From assembly GCA_039096225.1 (NCBI GenBank), contig JBBPEB010000033.1:186001-250000 (forward strand): 64,000 nt of DNA, written 5' to 3'. The notes beneath the pieces were generated by a model. It was not told where the DNA came from. It was given only the letters and a program-made list of their open reading frames with translations, and ran no database searches. The stretch comes from Blastocystis sp. Blastoise. Its lineage: Eukaryota > Protista > Bigyra: Opalinata. The position numbers were made by a program, and so were the translations under genes. Below are positions 1 to 31,087 of the stretch, piece by piece. Positions within the stretch are counted from its first letter, which is position 1. Each line of letters begins with the position of its first letter.

Positions 1-515
1 ATAGATTTACCCTATATATCTGAACTTTTTTCATCATGCTAAATAATGAGTAATAAATAATATTGATCAAAGATTTGGCATGAGAGTAATTGTGAATTTT
101 GCTAATGATAATCAAATTTCATGAGGATTGACTAATATATTATAAATTAATTAGGATAGTCATTGAAAATTGATAAATATAAGAGTCACAATAAAAAAAA
201 TAATTCGCTTTTGAAAAAGAAATTTTTTAAAAAGAGAATTCGTTAGGAGTCTCTTATTATATAATCCACTGATGACTGTATGTTTTAATCATATAGTTAT
301 AAGTAAGAGTTTAAACTAAGTAAACAATAATTTGTTTTTTTTTATATTACTCCTAATAGTTTTTACGTTATTATTGATCCACTGTGTGTCATGATTATTT
401 TTTACTTAAGAGTAAGCATTATAGTCTATAAAAATAATTTTAAAAATATTTATAAGAAATTGAATATATTAAATATACATAGAATAATAATTTAAAAAAA
501 AATATTTAAATAAAA

Positions 516-1195
516 ATGAATTTTATAAAGTTATCTAGTGTTGTATCATCTGTTTTAAAAGGAAAAGTTAATCAATCCTTTATTTTGTATTCGAATACAC
601 TATTGAGGCGTCCTTTTACATCTTCTGAAACAGATGAAGAACATCATATTTCAATTCCTGAAGATAATTTGAATTTTTATTTCGCAAGATCTGGAGGACC
701 TGGTATATATTCTAAGTTAATAGTTGAATAATAAAATATATTAGGTGGTCAAAATGTGAATAAAGTGAATACCAAAGTAGTTCTTAAATTAAATATAGAA
801 AATGCATCATGGATTCCGACGTATGATTTTATGGTGAAATTAATATCATTTAAATAGTGATGTGAAAGAACGTTTTATTGTAGATCATGCCAATCGTATT
901 AATAATGATGGAGAACTTGTTCTAGCATCTTCTCTAACACGATTCCAAGATAATAATCGTGCTGATGTAATTCAAAAACTACAAGAAATGCTTGATTATT
1001 CAGCTACCCCTCCAAAATTAAGAGTTTTAAGAACAGGTATATATTTACTTTTTTTTTTAGGTATTAGAGTATTATATATATATAAACAATATAGAACCAA
1101 CAGTATTTACAAAGGAGAAATGGAAGCGTGAGAAGAAACACAAATCAGAAAAAAAACAGAATCGTAAACGTAGTGGTATTGATGATTTCTTTTAA
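516..1195 (+). CDS. ICT1: Mitochondrial-type peptidyl-tRNA hydrolase, ICT1/mL62/ArfB family (3 GT-AG introns)
   Basis: Spliced product reads FARSGGPG|GQNVNKVNTKV...SWIPTDVKERF...RINNDGELVLASSLTRFQDNNRAD...KREKKHKSEKKQNR. It has the GGQ motif, the basic C-terminal tail and an N-terminus resembling a targeting peptide. Confidence 0.9.
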
Positions 1196-1498
1196 AATAG
1201 TAAAAAAAAGATGAATAAAAAAATTAAATATATAAAATAATGAATAAATTCATAATGATAAATGAAACATAGTTTTGTTACCTACAATTATATATATATA
1301 ATTATGAAAGTAGTAGAACAAATACTATATAGTGAAATGTGTCCACTATAACTAGAATAAAAATATACTTAGCATACAGAAAGCAAACTATTATTACATA
1401 TATAAAAACAAAATGAATAAAAAATGAACATGATTCTATAAAAAGAATAGGAATAATTATATATATATAGATATATTTAATGATATGAATAAATAGAG

Positions 1499-1634
1499 TT
1501 ATTCCCATTCATCCCATCCTTCAACAATATTACTTTCCTTTACAGGCTAGATATATTATATATTATATATAATATATTATAAAATAAAGAGATTTACATA
1601 AAAAGTATATAATATAATATATATTATACATTAT

Positions 1635-1682
<48 letters not shown>

Positions 1683-3168
1683 AAATCAAAAAATATATAT
1701 AAATATATATATACTTCTGAAGTAGGATTTTCTTTAGTAATTTCTTCTTCTTTGGTTTCTGTTTGAGGAACATCAAAGTCATCCCATCCTTGTTCTAATA
1801 CTTTCATTTCAGCTATAGATAATAAAAATGTAATTATATAAAAATGAAATAATATCATATTATAAAATGGATTACTATAATTATAGCATACTATATAATA
1901 TATAAATTAAATATATATATACTTTCTTTAAGGTCTTCTGCTTCTTTCTTTTTTGTTTCTAAATCAATATCTACTGGAGACATAAGTTCAGTTCCTTTTT
2001 CTATGTTTATCAAATAGAGAATAATCATATATAAACATGCAAAACAAAAAAAAAAATAAAAAGGAAAGAATATTCATAGAATAACTTAAAGTAATAAATA
2101 ATATAATAAAAGTATTCGAAATCTTACTCTGTTGTGTATTGTTAAATAGCGACTGTTTTATTTGATCTCTATGAAAGAAATAATTCGACCAAAAGGCAGT
2201 TTCAGTAACTATATCTGGAACTAACATTTTATACCTATATATATAATTCATATATATATAATAATAATATCAAAAAAGTAACTAAAAAGTTACAAAAGAA
2301 AATGAAAAAAAAAATCTGGAAGTTATTATTTGAGGAAACTATAATATATTATTTATATATATATGAATAATAAATAAACAACTATAGACCAGCATATAAA
2401 AATAATTATAGAGTTGACTAGACTAATAAAATAATAAAGTATATTTATATTCATAAACATACATATGTGCTACAATAGAATTACTATTTAATAAATCACT
2501 TCCTTCTGTAAACATCGAGGGTTTCTCTATAGTTTGTAGCCATTCATTGTAGCTAGGTAACTCTGTATCTGTTATAGTAGTATAAGTAGTATTATAAGAC
2601 TGAATGAGACGAATCTTCTCTTCGACATCTATCACATATCTAAAAGCAATAATAATAATTATTTTTTTATATTTATATGTTTATAGATTCATCAATATAA
2701 TTTAGTTATGAAATATATTATAAAATAAAAAAAGAAACCTATATTATTTAACATATACTCACTAGGACTATCTGTTGTGTTTATAGTATCTTCATCATTA
2801 AACACAGTAGCAAACTTAGATTTGGTCATAGCGATAAAAGAACCAATCTTCTGTTGAGCTTTCTCAGTTACAGAAGATCGTCCTGATGATGGTTCTGGCT
2901 GTTCAATACATTCAATATTTGAATCACTTTTTATTTCATTAACTTTTTCTTTATCTTGAGGTTCCTCACTATTTAAGGATTCTTGAAGTTTTACAATAGC
3001 ATTTTTTGTTTGTTCTTTCACAGGAATAAAGGTCGATACAGCATCCTCTTTTACTGATGAAATTAATTCTTGAAAGTCACTTTTTACAGAAGAAAAAAAG
3101 GAACTCCAAGATGAACGAATTTGTTGTGTCTCCTGAGGTTTTACTACTTGCTCTTCTTGATCTTGCAT
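1499..3168 (-). CDS. BSD-domain protein (5 GT-AG introns)
   Basis: MYKMLVPDIVTETAFWSNYFFH matches the BSD core (LVP..V.E..FW..YF). N-terminal SSWSSFFSSVK and acidic C-terminus EGWDEWE*. Confidence 0.8.
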
Positions 3169-4831
3169 TATTAGATTGATAAATGCTTTTAAAGGGATGA
3201 AAGACCAATTTTTTAAAAAATTTCTTTCTTATTTTTAGTTAGATTTAACTATTCATTTTAATATATATTATCTTCTATTGATAAAAATAATCTCAAATAC
3301 TTCACATGAATATAGATAAAAGCTATGTTTCTATTTCAAAAGCAACACAAATGCATCTATGTCTTTTTTTCTATTTGAAAAACTAATTTTAGTATATAGA
3401 AAAGCTGGTTCTTACAAATATAGCTATCTAAATTGAACTTGAATAATTTTATACATTCTTGTCATTATTTACGTGTATTGAGAAACATATTTCTTGACCT
3501 TATCCGTCATACAAATAATAACAAGATTTCTACAAAATGAATAGAAAGATTGTTAGCCATGTAGTTGATTTCTCATGTTGAAAAAGGGTTGAAATACCAT
3601 TGAATTATTTCCTCTCTTTATAACATAGATATTTCTCTCTATAGTTTCTCGATATTAGAAGAGTTCTCTATTCCTTTTTAGTACATTATCTCATCTACTA
3701 AAACTATTTTGTTGTATTGATTTCTATGTGTGTCCTTCGTGAATTTGAGAACAGCTCATTATGGGTATACAACAGCAAAAAAAGCAATGAAATTGCTTCA
3801 TCATGTTTTTTTTTTCATAATTAATTTTAAAGATTAGATTGTTAAAGAATATAATTATGAAGCCTTATATCATGACATGCATGAGTTGAGATTATTTTTG
3901 ACAAAAATTGACTTTCAAAATGAATTACTTGTATAACTTTTGATATATTCATTATTTATTCATATATCATAAACGAAGTTCATTTAATTAATAGAATACA
4001 TTATTTATATCAAGTTACTAAAATTTAGAACGATAACGACGGAGATAATCAACAAAATATGGTTTATACACTAATGAAGGTGATTGAGATATCCTACTAG
4101 CCTAAAGTATGATAGACACATCTAATATCACTTTAGGACAATATGATAGAATTTCATACAAAAAAGAACTAACTAATCAAGAATTAATGTACCTTCCTTA
4201 CGAGTCTAGTTGCTATTTATTCCTATCCTCTAATGAATGATATCTTACACACTTTAGGCACGATAGTATAGTGAAATTCGTTCACAAAAATGGTTGACAA
4301 ACGGAAAATTGCAAGAAACTTTACAATTGTATTGCCTATAATTTCATATACATACTCTTTAAGTGTTATAGCAAGTTCATTTATATCAAAATAAGCTATA
4401 GCCTTTGGTACAAAGTACTCAAAAGAAAACAGCCAAAATGAGTTGACTGGGTTCTACCCTTTAGGGATGCCAGTCATTAAAGCCTGCTTAATTCTATTGA
4501 AAAACCAAGAAAAACTCTCATTTATTAAAAAGTGGAATTCAAAAACAAAACGATTGGCTTTGCCAAACTTTTTAAAGACTGGTCATCGAATTTTCTAAAA
4601 ATTCCTAGACTTTTCCTAGAATATATTACCTAACATCTAATTATTGAGTATCATGACCTTTGTATCACGATTCCATCGAGAAAATAATTGTGGAAATAAA
4701 TTTTTTATTTTTTTACAACAACTGATTTCTTCGTCTCTTTCTAGGACGCTGACTCTCTGACACTCGATTCATCTTTGACATTTTCTCGATAGAATTTACT
4801 TTATCTCTTTATAGTTTTTGTTTTTTCTTAA

Positions 4832-5026
4832 ATGGATCTATAAATGAATTATGCTCCCTATAAGCAATCATCAATAATATTTATAGTGATTCTACAATTT
4901 TCTTATACTTACTATAAAACTTTGTTGCCAATTAATCTGATTTCCAACGAACAACATTTTTATATTGAAAAATCTGTATTTTTCTTTTGTTATTATAACA
5001 AACCAATACTTTTAATTATTTTATGA
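4832..5026 (+). promoter_or_regulatory. Two stacked uORFs (MDL* at 4832-4843; 60 aa at 4844-5026) in frame with the downstream ODC-like CDS
   Basis: ATG GAT CTA TAA is directly followed by ATG; the second uORF ends TGA GCA ATG at the main start codon. Confidence 0.35.
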
Positions 5027-5029
5027 GCA

Positions 5030-6370
5030 ATGGCTAACATCGAACGATTTGAAAACTATGAAAGATGTCATTATGAAGTGAATCTTGAAGTTATTCGTCA
5101 AAAATGTAAACAATGGAGAGAAATGTTTGAAATAGTTGAACCTTATGTAGATATTAGTGCTACTTCAAATAAAGATATTTATTCTTGTCTTCTTGACCTT
5201 GGTTGTGGCTTAACAAACCGTGATAGAGCTTTCTTATCTTATGTAACATCTCCTCTATCTGTCAATATGGCTTCTTCTATAATTGATTTAAGTTCAGTTA
5301 GTCATGGAGCTTATACTTCTCAATTAAAAGCTCATGAAATTAATAAAATATCATTTGATTCTGAAGTAAGTCATTATATATCTATATATTATATTAATAG
5401 TTTAATATTTATATTTTTTAAAGATTTTTTATAAGAATAGATAAATAATATATATATATATGTATTTTATTATAGGAATTATTAGATATTATTAAAGAAG
5501 ATTATCCTGAAGCTAATCTTTTCTTAAAGATCTCTACAAATTCTATTACTGATGAAGAAATTCTTAGTGTTGAAGAAAGTATTGAATTGTTACAAAAAGC
5601 TAAAGACTCTAATATGAAAGTATTTATTGATTTATTTTATTTATATATATCTAATGTTATTATTATTATATAAATAAATTATTATATATTTTATATAATA
5701 ATAATATATATACTGATAATAAATATATAAATAAATAAATAAATAATAATAACATATATATTTCTAGGTTACTGGTCTTGCTATTTATTATTCTGAAACT
5801 TCTAATTTTGTAGCTCTTGATTATTTGAATGAATTATTTAAATTATGTAAAGAAAAGAATTTCTTATTTGAACAAGTCCATTTCTTTGGTACTGATTTTG
5901 TAAAATTAGTTGAGGAAGAAGAAAAACGTAAAACTTTTGTCTCTACTTTAAAATCTTATGGTTCTGATATTGTTTTTTCTGCAGATGCTGGTATCTATTT
6001 ATTAGCAGAATCTTATAGTTGTTCTGCTAAGATTATTGGTAAGAAAGCTAAGATTATTAATGGAAAGAAACAAATTATGTATTATTTAGATGATGGTGTA
6101 TATACTTCTTTCTTCTGTGTCAAATTAGATAATGTTGAATTGAATCCTATTCCTATTCGTATTAAGAGTCAATCAAGAGGTGATGAACTCTATCAAACTA
6201 CTATTTGGGGACCTACTTGTGATAGTATTGATTGCTTAGGCTCTCATTTCTCTCTTCCTGAATTAGATATAGATGATTGGATTGTATTTGATGGGGTGGG
6301 CTATCAATGTACTACTATGTCTACTGGATTTAATGGTATGAGTGACCCCGATACATTTGTCTCTTACTAA
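5030..6370 (+). CDS. Ornithine-decarboxylase-family (fold III PLP) paralogue with degenerate barrel active site (2 GT-AG introns)
   Basis: C-terminal ODC motifs are intact (YYLDDGVYTSF, IWGPTCDSID, LPELDIDDWIVF, TGFNGM). PFYAVKCN is replaced by PYVDISATS, SFHVGS by AIYYSE, DIGGGF by HFFGTDF and EPGR by DAGI. Confidence 0.8.
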
Positions 6371-6813
6371 ATACCATCTCTACTCTTATTTATGTATATA
6401 TATATATACATCTGGCTACACGAATTTATCTTTTTCGTTTTCGTCTAAATCATTATTACATTTTACCTTTTTTTTATTTTTGTTGTTAGTGTATGTATTT
6501 GTATAACTCTTTGTTTGTATTGTATTGTTTCTCCATTCTTATTGCTTTTCTTTCATTGGTTTTATTATTTATTATCTTATTTTTCTTTTTTTTTATTTAC
6601 AGTTTAAATATTATATATGTTATGTATGTTTATAAAAGAAAACTTTTGTTTATTTTATTTTATAATTTTATTTATATTGAACAATACAACTCAAATTAAT
6701 TATATATGTTGACAATATCAATACTAAACATATAAAGAAAAATGGAAAAGAATAGGACAATAAGAAAAGAAGTCTCTATAGATGTAAATTGATATTTATT
6801 TGAATAATAAAAA

Positions 6814-7584
6814 CTAATTAATAAAAGTAGTATAGGATCCCATAACAGCAAAGAATACACCCAGAGTAATAAAGAGAATACTCACAGATTTACCGATAAG
6901 TTGATTCTTGGACTTATCTTCACAACAAACTTTGTAATACCTATTTATATATGTATAGTCTTTAAATACAGAATATATATATTAAGTATATAAATATAGA
7001 ATACATATCAATAATATGTATATTATAATTCTATATGTATATACATTAATCCAGGGAATATAAGCATAAGAGAAGAACTACCTAAAGATCCAGTAATACC
7101 TAAGACAGCAGAGAGATTGGGGAAGAGAATAGCCACAATAACCGCGATTATTAGAACTGTTACAGAGACAAGTGCATTATGTATATATTTAGGATTAAAA
7201 TTGATTAAAGTGAAGAACATATCACGCATAGGATGAGTAAATAAGGGTATAGAGAAGCATAGATCTACAGAAATAGCGATACGACAGAATAGTATCCATA
7301 TATCAGAGACAGGATAACTATCTAAAATATTACTTGTAGTAAATCCACAGAAAGACCAATACCCTGCGAAAGCATCGATACAATAGACAATAAACACAAC
7401 GATAAATGAACTATAAATAACTATATTCACACGTTTTGAAGTAGGTTCACGAAGTCTCGCGAGAATGGGGACAAATTGAACTTGACAACAATTCGAGAAA
7501 CCAAAGAATGGAAGAGAGAAGAAAGAGGAAAGAGTGAATAAAAAGGAATTAAGCTATATGGTAATGATTCATAGTATTATATAT

Positions 7585-7662
<78 letters not shown>

Positions 7663-8748
7663 TATATTCTATATACATCAAGTCTAGAATCTCCGGTAAC
7701 ACTACCTTGTTCACACATTTCTATACATTGACTAACATCAGTAGATGCTACTAATGGATTTGATTCTATTATACATTGAGAGGCTTTACATGAATAATTA
7801 GCTATAGAAGCTAACTGACAAGAATCAGACCAAGGGGCTTGAACAATTATCTAGAAATGATTATAAATATAATAAATATAGTTATATAATAAAAATAAAC
7901 ATAATAATAAAATAACATAACATACAACAATAGATAAATAGATAATAAAGATAATAGCAACAAGTGAAGTAAACTTTAAGGCATCAAGATTCTTAAATAA
8001 ACATGGAGGTAAAATAAAAACAACAGAAACAACTAAAAAGATAAATGTACGACCTATATATATATATGAAATAAAATATGAACATATAAAAAAACATAAA
8101 TATCTAAATAAATAAATATTAATAAGCATACTAGTTAGCCAAAGATATTCTTCAGGAATAGTTACATCCATAAGGAAATAAGAAACACTAAGATAAAATT
8201 CATCAGCAATAACTACTGCATAACCAATTACAGAACCAAAACTGTAAATAATCTATAAAAATCAGTCATAATGATATATTTTCATAAAAGAAAATAAAAA
8301 TAAATAAATAAATATAAATACTTGAAATAAATCAATAAATTTGCCAAAATAATTACCAAAAAGTTTACCAGCCATTTTAGAATAAGTTCTTTCTTGTGTA
8401 TGATCAAAAACCAACTTTAATAAGTAACATGATATACCAGATAATAAACCAAAAATAATTAATAATAAGGATCCAAAAGCATAACCAACATGACTCATAG
8501 CCATAGGTAACATAATAATACCACCACCTAAAATTAATGTCATTAAAATGGAATATATATAATTTTCTCATATATCCATATATAGGTGAATAATAAAAAA
8601 TAAAAATAAAACTTGATATATTCATACCAATAATACTATTGATTAAATTAAATGAAGCACTAGGTACTTCAACTTCAACTTCATGTATAACGCTTTCAGG
8701 TTTTTCTTGGTCAACAAGAATTGCAGTTTTTTCAGTTGAATCGCTCAT
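6814..8748 (-). CDS. Amino acid transporter, Aa_trans (SLC38/AVT-like) family (6 GT-AG introns)
   Basis: FNLINSIIG|GGIIMLPMAM, LPPCLFKNLDALKFTS, NILDSYP and LGITGSLGSSSLMLIFPGL motifs; about 11 hydrophobic segments. Confidence 0.88.
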
Positions 8749-9790
8749 ATTGATTAAGAATAATGAAATAAAAAATGAATGGGATACTCTACATGCTAAA
8801 GAAAAAATTGTGACAGGGAATATCGATGACAAAATCTCTATTTTTGATTCGTTTCACATGATATCTGACGCACATATCCACAGAGAAGCGTAATAAAATA
8901 GAATTTGTTTCTCCTTTTCTCTTTTCTTTATTTCATTATGTCTGGTGATCGAATTCTCTGTTCAAAAAAATATAATTATCAACAATTAAAAGAAACTCCT
9001 TTACGGAACAAAAAGAAAAATCGAAATAGAAAATAATCCCGATTCTTCATCTTCATTTTTTTCATTCATTTTATAAAAATAATTCTTTATTCAATTTCTT
9101 CGTGTGTGTAGCATTTACAGAATTTTATACTCATCTCAAACAAAAGAAAATAACATATCTCAATGCCTTTTTTAGCTTTGCTAGATACAATTTCAAATTG
9201 AGTATTTTTAGGGTCTTTTTTCATAGGATTCTTCTCAAAGATATTCATATTTGTCTTATTAAAAATATTGAGCATCAAATCAAAAAAATATATACAATAA
9301 ATAGAGTTCTTTTTGAAAACTCATGAACAAAACATTATATTTAACAAAAGAATTAATGTACAACTAACAGCAAAATGATTACAAAAAAAAAATGTTAATT
9401 GCATATATATAGAAAATAAAATATATCTAATAAATTATATAAATATATAATAAAAAAGTAGTGGATCTTTTTTATTATAGATATATAATATGAAAATAAG
9501 AAATAAAACTAAAACATATATTATAAATAAAATAAAAAAAGATGAAATGAAGAAATGATTGATATATAATTATAATGAGAATAAAATAAATGATATTTAG
9601 ATGAATGAGAAATCAAGAAAAAATAATGAGAAAAAAAAGACAACAAAGACAATGAGAAGATAATAAAAGTTATATAAAGGAATTCAAATAAAAATATTAT
9701 TAATTGAAAGAAGAATAAGAAAGATTATATATAAAATAAGAATATATATGTATAGAGTAGAATTTAGTTGGGTTATATATATATATATAT

Positions 9791-27855
<18,065 letters not shown>

Positions 27856-28481
27856 GGATTTGATGAAGATTTAAAACAATTTTGGAATGAAAAGATGACA
27901 AAAACAACACAAAAAAAATAATGGATTTTCCCATAAAAGAAAACTTCACGATCATAAATCCTCACGGAGATATCCATAAGCATCTACTTTAAAATTAATT
28001 TTTCACAGAAACTAGAAAATTATTTACATGAAAAAGTCAAAAAAAAAATGTTGTGTTTTTTAATCAGGGTTCTTCTTAAATGGATTTTGTATTTGTTCCA
28101 TGGATATCCTTTATTTCATATTTGAAACTAATAAAAAAATGTGAAGACTTTGATATAACCATTTTATATTGTTAGAAAATGAAAAGATAAATAAAAGTGT
28201 TGTTCATCACATTTAATCATTATCGAACTACTCCCTTTTTTTAAAATATAGCATAAAGTACAGTCATATAAATTTAATGTTCTTTAAATATTCGTAAATT
28301 TTATAGAAAATAAAACAAAACACTTAAGAAAAACCAAATGAGGTTATAAAAAAATGAATGAGAATAGAAAACACATAGTATATATGTTACACTAATTTCT
28401 ATATAAAAATAATATTGAATCCTTAACAAGAATATAAGTAACTCTATATAATAATAAAGATTACAATGAGAAAAAAATAGT

Positions 28482-30086
28482 TTATGCTTGTTCCATAGCT
28501 AATAAACCAGCACCAACAAGTCCAGCGTCACCACCTAAAGCAGCAATAACAATAGGAGTTTCCTTGATAGGAGTGAAAGCGTTCTTTTTGAATGTTTCTC
28601 TAGCAGGTTCAAGAATAAGATCACCTAATTCAGAAACACTACCACCAATACAAACAATAGAAGGATTCAAACAAGCACAAACAGAAGAAAGAGCAATACC
28701 TAACCATTCACCAACAGCATGAGCAGCAGCAACAGCATTCTTATCTCCTTGTTTAGCTAAATCACCAACTTCCTTACCAGTTTCAAGTTGATGTTCTTTA
28801 GTAACAAGTCTATTATATTCATAACAAAGAGCACGACCCGAGCAATAAGCTTCAAAAGCACCTTCAACTTCACCATCAGCAGTACGACCATCTCTATTTA
28901 CTAAGACATGACCAATGCATTGAGCCATATCGCGAGTAGCCATATATAATTTACCATCTACTACCATACCACCACCTAAACCTGTACCTATAGTAATACC
29001 TAAGCAAGAATATTTTCCTTTACCATTACCAATAAGAGATTCACCAAAAGCAGCAGCATTTCCATCATTTACTACATGTACAGGAAGTTTATATTCTTTT
29101 TGAAGCATAGTTTTAATAGGAGCACCTTTCCAATTAGGAATAGTAGGAGTAGCATAAACTACATTACCACCAATATCAATAGTACCACCAGTAGATACAC
29201 CAATACAAGTAGGAGCAATACTAGTCCATTTAGATTTTAATTCATCAAGAAGAGTTACACAAGCTTTAATAACATCTTCAGCAGATGTTTGAGGACAAGA
29301 AGTCTTTATAGGTCCAAGACATATCTTACCATTCTTATCAATAATACCTCCAGCAATCTTAGTACCACCAATATCAAGACAATAAGCATAACGTTCTTCA
29401 CGGAAAGAATGCATAGCAAGAGAATATTGTTTAGTAATCCACATAGGACGAGTAATCATAGAACCAACTACAATGCAATGAGCACCTAAACGTAAAAGTT
29501 GACGAGCATGTTCAGGACAAGCAATACGACCTTCACAAATAACAGGAGTATTAGGAAGAGCTTTAACTAATTTAGCAACAAGTTCAAAATCAGGACCTGG
29601 AGTCATTACAGTATTTTCAGTATAACCAGAAAGAGTAGAAGCTACAATATCAGCTCCAGCAGCAGCAGCAGCTACACCTTCTTCAAAAGTAGAAATATCA
29701 GCCATAACAAGACAACCAAATTCCTTCTTAATTTGTTTCATTAAATCAATACCACTAATTCCATAAGGATGAGGTCTATCAGTAACATCAAGAGCAATGA
29801 TAGTAGCACCAGCTTCATAAATAGCTCTAGCACGATCCATATTAAGAGTAATACGAGGACCATAACCAACTACATCTTCTTTATATATACCAATAATAGG
29901 AAGATTAGTTAATTTTCTAATAGCAGCAATATGGTTAGGATCATCAGCACGAATACCAATAGCACCACCAAATTCAGCAGCTTTAGCCATTAAAGCCATA
30001 TTTTCAGGTCCATAAAGAGCATCTTCTTCATGGGCTTGGCAGGAGACAACAATACCTCCTTTCATACTAGCTAAAATATCAGACAT
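28482..30086 (-). CDS. nanEK: Intronless bifunctional ManNAc-6-phosphate 2-epimerase (NanE) fused to a ROK-family sugar kinase (NanK-like)
   Basis: NanE motifs VSCQA, MAKAAEFGGAIGIRA, LPIIGIYK, MADISTFEEG, TLSGYT, EGRI, VVGSMITRP. ROK motifs DIGGTKI, VNDGNAAAFGE, GTGLGGG, LGGDAGLVGAG. Confidence 0.9.
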   Translation of the reverse strand: MSDILASMKGGIVVSCQAHEEDALYGPENMALMAKAAEFGGAIGIRADDPNHIAAIRKLTNLPIIGIYKEDVVGYGPRITLNMDRARAIYEAGATIIALDVTDRPHPYGISGIDLMKQIKKEFGCLVMADISTFEEGVAAAAAGADIVASTLSGYTENTVMTPGPDFELVAKLVKALPNTPVICEGRIACPEHARQLLRLGAHCIVVGSMITRPMWITKQYSLAMHSFREERYAYCLDIGGTKIAGGIIDKNGKICLGPIKTSCPQTSAEDVIKACVTLLDELKSKWTSIAPTCIGVSTGGTIDIGGNVVYATPTIPNWKGAPIKTMLQKEYKLPVHVVNDGNAAAFGESLIGNGKGKYSCLGITIGTGLGGGMVVDGKLYMATRDMAQCIGHVLVNRDGRTADGEVEGAFEAYCSGRALCYEYNRLVTKEHQLETGKEVGDLAKQGDKNAVAAAHAVGEWLGIALSSVCACLNPSIVCIGGSVSELGDLILEPARETFKKNAFTPIKETPIVIAALGGDAGLVGAGLLAMEQA

Positions 30087-30272
30087 TTTGATTGTAAAGT
30101 TAAAAAGAATATAAAAGATTATTCTGAAAAAAGGTATGGATCATCCATTCAGAAGGGAGAGTCATCGCTTGCAGCCAATAAAGATCTAAAAATAAAAATA
30201 TTTGTTTTCACGGGGAAATCAAGTTTGGATTTGAAAACGTTATTTGTGTGTTTGAAGAGGTATTCGATTCTT

Positions 30273-31033
30273 ATGACATCAAATAAACCTTGCTATCGTA
30301 AGAGACAGGAATCATCATCATCTGAAGATGAAGATAATGTCAAAATAAGTACTAATCAACACTATTTGGTTAATCAAAATACTTCAAATCATCCTAATCC
30401 TAGTACTCTAGCTTCTAAATTATCTGAAGATCATAAAGATATAAATACTTATGATATAAAAGAACAGTTGTCTCAGTATTCTTCAAATTCCAACAATAAT
30501 GTTTCAGATCATTCTTCATCTCATTATAGAGATCATAGAGATTGTTATGATGATAGAAATAGTTCAAGAGATCATAGAGATCGTTACGATGATAGAAATA
30601 ATTCAAGAGATCATAGAGATCGATACGATAATAGAAATAGTTCAAGAGATCATAGAGATCGTTATGATGATAGAAATAATTCAAGAGATCATTCATCTAA
30701 GTATTATGCCGATCATTCAAGCAATGAAACTAATTATTCTCGAGATCATAGATCTCGTAGTCGAAGTATAGATTCTCATAGTCATTCGAGAAAACATGCA
30801 CCAGTCTATTCGAAGTCATCTTCAGAGAATAATGATGTTCTAGAAAATTCATTTCGTGGTTATGAACCAGGGAAAAAAGCACCAGAAAAATATACTATTC
30901 CAAATAAGTTTTTAGTAGATGATACTGATGGATGTATATATTATATACTTATTATTTTGTTGTTATTGTTTTGTATATTATTGTGTTGTTGTTATTATGT
31001 TTATTATTATGTTTATTGTTTTGTTTATTATTG

Positions 31034-31087
<54 letters not shown>

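Noticed and set aside
4457-4466. TTTAGGG telomere-like word / possible telomerase template
   Set aside because: Single copy, lacks a 1.5-repeat template, and is explained by the hairpin.
28482-30086. Bacterial contamination as the source of nanEK
   Set aside because: Flanked by host-like AT-rich spacers and spliced genes, host-like codon usage, and no operon neighbours.
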